A program made the position numbers and the translations under genes. Of a stretch of DNA of 22,070 bases, positions 19,473 to 22,070 are shown piece after piece. Position 1 is the stretch's first letter. The number at the start of each line of letters is the position of its first letter. The stretch lies in the NCBI GenBank assembly GCA_049968235.1, contig JBMFRC010000033.1, forward strand, positions 1-22,070, written 5' to 3'. The notes below the pieces were generated by a model. The model saw only the letters and a list, made by a program, of their open reading frames with translations. It searched no databases and was not told the DNA's origin. The DNA comes from Candidatus Hydrogenedens sp. (GTDB lineage: Bacteria; Hydrogenedentota; Hydrogenedentia; Hydrogenedentales; Hydrogenedentaceae).

Positions 19473-19727
19473 AGATATTTTCCTAAAATAAAAGAGAGAA
19501 AAGAATTTTTTTATCTGGGAGAATTATTAAGATAGATTTTATCACTTATCCTGGTAATATCTCAATAATTCATTCTATACCACATTTGCAGGATAAGCCC
19601 TTATATATAAATTTTTTCACACTAGAAGATTTCTATCCCTATTTATTCTAATTGTATATCTACCTTAAAATACTATATTCTATCATTTACCTTGAACTTA
19701 AACATGTAAGAAGATAAGAATTCTATC

Positions 19728-21431
19728 ATGAAAAAAAAAGTGGAAAAGCCGTTAATTGTTCAATCGGACCGTACCATTTTATTAGAGGTCGAAAATCCAT
19801 TATACGAGGAGGCACGGGATGCTCTGTCTGCATTTGCCGAACTGGTAAAATCACCGGAGCATTTTCACACTTATCGGATTACACCAATTTCGCTATGGAA
19901 TTCTGCTTCCGCAGGTTATACTGCAACACAAATTATTGACCTGCTTCAGAAATATAGCCGATATGATGTGCCGTCAAATCTAATTTATGAAATTACAGAT
20001 ACAGTTCGTCGTTATGGCAGACTGAAACTATATAAAAGTCCACAACAGGAACTAATTCTTGAATCCGATGATACTATGCTCCTTTCAGAATTGCTCTACA
20101 ACAAAGCCTTGCAGGAGTTCGGATTAACTAAATTGGATTCGCGTCGGGTTCGTGTGAATACGCAATTTCGTGGGCATTTAAAAAGTGTCCTAGTAAAATT
20201 AGGTTTTCCTGCGGAAGACCTCGCGGGATATGTGGAAGGGGCTCCATTACAATTTGACCTCCGAAAAAAACTGCCATCGGGCAAACCTTTTCTCTTACGA
20301 AATTACCAGACAGATGCTATCTCTGCTTTTTATGCAGGTGGGACAAACCGTGGTGGAAGTGGCGTTATTGTTCTCCCCTGTGGGGCGGGTAAAACCATTG
20401 TCGGAATCGGCGTCATGTATAAACTTCAAACACATACCCTTGTGTTAACAACCAATACAGTGGCACTACGGCAATGGAAAACAGAACTACTTGAAAAAAC
20501 GACACTGACGGAGGACCAAATCGGCGAATATAGCGGAGATATGAAAGAAATTAAACCTGTAACACTGGCGACCTATCAGATTTTAACTCATCGTAAAACA
20601 AAAGATAGCCCTTTTCTCCATTTCCGTTTATTCGAAGATGGTGCCTGGGGATTAATTATCTACGATGAAGTGCATCTACTACCTGCGCCAGTATTCCGTG
20701 CTACGGCAGATTTACAAGCACGCCGAAGATTGGGACTTACCGCTACCTTAGTTCGCGAAGATGGTCGCGAAGATGAAGTATTCAGCCTTATCGGACCTAA
20801 AAAATGCGACATCCCATGGAAAGTATTAGAAAAGCAGGGCTGGATAGCCGAAGCCCTCTGCACCGAAGTGCGCGTGCCAATCATGGAAGACGACCGCTAT
20901 AAATATGTCGTGGCGTCAAAATCCGCCAAATTTCAAATTGCATCAAAAAATCCAATAAAGATAAGTATCTGCAAACAAATTTTAAACCACCACAAAGAGG
21001 ATAATGTCCTCATTATCGGTCAATATTTAGACCAACTTAAAGTTATACAAAAAAACTTCGGCGCACCTATTATTACAGGGCAAACACCCAATAAAAAGAG
21101 AGAAGAACTGTATCAAAAATTCCGTAATGGAGAAATAAAACTTCTGATTGTCTCTAAAGTAGCCAATTTTGCCATTGACCTGCCCGATGCTAATGTCGCC
21201 ATTCAGGTGTCCGGCACCTTCGGTTCACGACAGGAAGAAGCACAGCGATTGGGTAGAATACTCCGCCCAAAAGAATCCGGCAAACAAGCCCACTTCTATA
21301 CTATTGTTACACGCGATACATTGGACCAGGATTATGCTCTCAACCGGCAACTCTTCCTAACTGAACAGGGGTATCAATACAAAATTATTTCTATGGAACA
21401 ATTAAACGAATTTTTTGATAATACAAGATAG
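19728..21431 (+). CDS. XPB/Ssl2(Rad25)-family SF2 DNA repair helicase
   Basis: Q-motif 'LRNYQ', Walker A 'LPCGAGKT' and DEVH box 'IIYDEVHLLPAPVFR'. Motif III is followed by the XPB-specific RED motif ('GLTATLVREDGRE'). Motif VI is 'QVSGTFGSRQEEAQRLGRILR'. An XPB-type N-terminal domain is present ('PLIVQSDRTILLEV...PEHFHTYRITPISLWN...SRYDVP'). It is near co-linear with actinobacterial XPB as I recall it. No obvious RBS; the ATG is followed immediately by an A9 run. Confidence 0.88.
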   Translation: MKKKVEKPLIVQSDRTILLEVENPLYEEARDALSAFAELVKSPEHFHTYRITPISLWNSASAGYTATQIIDLLQKYSRYDVPSNLIYEITDTVRRYGRLKLYKSPQQELILESDDTMLLSELLYNKALQEFGLTKLDSRRVRVNTQFRGHLKSVLVKLGFPAEDLAGYVEGAPLQFDLRKKLPSGKPFLLRNYQTDAISAFYAGGTNRGGSGVIVLPCGAGKTIVGIGVMYKLQTHTLVLTTNTVALRQWKTELLEKTTLTEDQIGEYSGDMKEIKPVTLATYQILTHRKTKDSPFLHFRLFEDGAWGLIIYDEVHLLPAPVFRATADLQARRRLGLTATLVREDGREDEVFSLIGPKKCDIPWKVLEKQGWIAEALCTEVRVPIMEDDRYKYVVASKSAKFQIASKNPIKISICKQILNHHKEDNVLIIGQYLDQLKVIQKNFGAPIITGQTPNKKREELYQKFRNGEIKLLIVSKVANFAIDLPDANVAIQVSGTFGSRQEEAQRLGRILRPKESGKQAHFYTIVTRDTLDQDYALNRQLFLTEQGYQYKIISMEQLNEFFDNTR

Positions 21432-21472
21432 TTAAAAATCTGCAAATTCTAAATAAGAAAAGGAGATTTAAC

Positions 21473-21895
21473 ATGTCTGAAGAAAAAACCGTCTGGTCAG
21501 GAACACCGTCGCAGGTTTTGAATTTCTGGATATTCATCTTTTGCCTGCTTACCTGTTTCCTGGTAGTCCCGATTTTCTACGCTCTCTGGAAATACATTGT
21601 AGTTAAATGCACAAAATATGTAATCACGACCGAAAGAGTTAAAATTACAACGGGTGTATTCTCCACAAGAACAGATTACATGGAGTTGTATCGTATCAAT
21701 GATATAACATTCGAACAACCCCTCCTATTAAGAATATTCTCATTAGGCAACCTAAAATTCACCACAACCGATACCTCGACACCCGAACTTATACTACAAG
21801 CAATACCCGCATCCGAAAATCTCCTAAACGAAGTCCGTAAATGCATTGAAACACAAAGAGACAAAAAACGTGCTCGCGTCGTCGATTTCACATAA
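21473..21895 (+). CDS. Membrane protein with bacterial PH domain (bPH_2 / YdbS-like, DUF304)
   Basis: 140 aa. An N-terminal hydrophobic hairpin ('VLNFWIFIFCLLTCFLVVPIFYALWKYIVV') is followed by a bPH_2-like core ('YVITTERVKITTGVFSTRTDYMELYRINDITFEQPLLLRIFSLGNLKF'). A strong RBS AAAAGGAGA lies 7 nt upstream. It sits 41 nt after the helicase stop. Confidence 0.75.
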   Translation: MSEEKTVWSGTPSQVLNFWIFIFCLLTCFLVVPIFYALWKYIVVKCTKYVITTERVKITTGVFSTRTDYMELYRINDITFEQPLLLRIFSLGNLKFTTTDTSTPELILQAIPASENLLNEVRKCIETQRDKKRARVVDFT

Positions 21896-21934
21896 GTAAA
21901 TATTCATTTCACACCACAACACACAAAGCATAGC

Positions 21935-22012
21935 CCATTAATTCTGCTATTCCCCTCAACAGGTAAATACAAAAATCATATATCCGATTTCAGGGCAAAA
22001 TATGTTTAACCT
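21935..22012. repeat. Imperfect direct repeat, copy B (partner at 10-90)
   Basis: See copy A. It lies downstream of the bPH gene stop (21895). Confidence 0.7.
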
Positions 22013-22070
22013 AAATGTAGAACAGGGATTCTGTCTGTATTTTACAATCACAAGCGAGATGCTTGTGTTC

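Noticed and set aside
1-22070. Terminal direct repeats read as att sites of an integrated island
   Set aside because: The content is housekeeping (gltBD, aroB, ddl). There is no integrase, recombinase or tRNA, and no compositional discontinuity. A dispersed intergenic repeat is more plausible.

Overview
This 22 kb window looks like a core chromosomal region from a low-to-moderate-GC bacterium, and I cannot place the taxon from sequence alone. I see no CRISPR array, integrase, transposase, rRNA or tRNA. I support 15 protein-coding genes, mostly housekeeping. Identified genes: a beta-carbonic anhydrase (420-1076, +); an NAD(P)-dependent aldehyde dehydrogenase (1139-2530, +); a DUF1330-like small protein (2534-2908, -); the glutamate synthase operon gltB-gltD (3406-9444, +); a secreted/periplasmic 849-aa protein (10349-12898, -) with a FecR-like N-terminal domain, a Trp/Tyr-rich middle and a roughly 400-aa Arg/Ser/Thr/Asn/Pro/Gly-rich disordered tail; a downstream putative lipoprotein with repeated G[F/Y]xDG[F/Y] motifs (9457-10314, -); a tail-anchored PP2C Ser/Thr phosphatase (13142-14071, +); a minus-strand operon of Gfo/Idh/MocA oxidoreductase, aroB (3-dehydroquinate synthase) and a TPR protein (14092-17093); a secreted five-bladed beta-propeller glycoside-hydrolase-like protein (17249-18412, +); D-Ala-D-Ala ligase ddl (18456-19472, -); an XPB/Ssl2-type SF2 DNA repair helicase with the diagnostic RED motif (19728-21431, +); and a small membrane bacterial-PH (bPH_2/YdbS-like) protein (21473-21895, +). 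Four candidates are worth a second look. The FecR-domain/IDR protein and its repeat lipoprotein form an uncharacterised two-gene envelope module. The XPB helicase may be co-transcribed with the bPH membrane protein. An imperfect direct repeat of about 80 bp sits at both extremities of the window. The DUF1330-gltB divergent intergenic region is unusually long (about 500 bp), very AT-rich and carries short palindromes and repeats.
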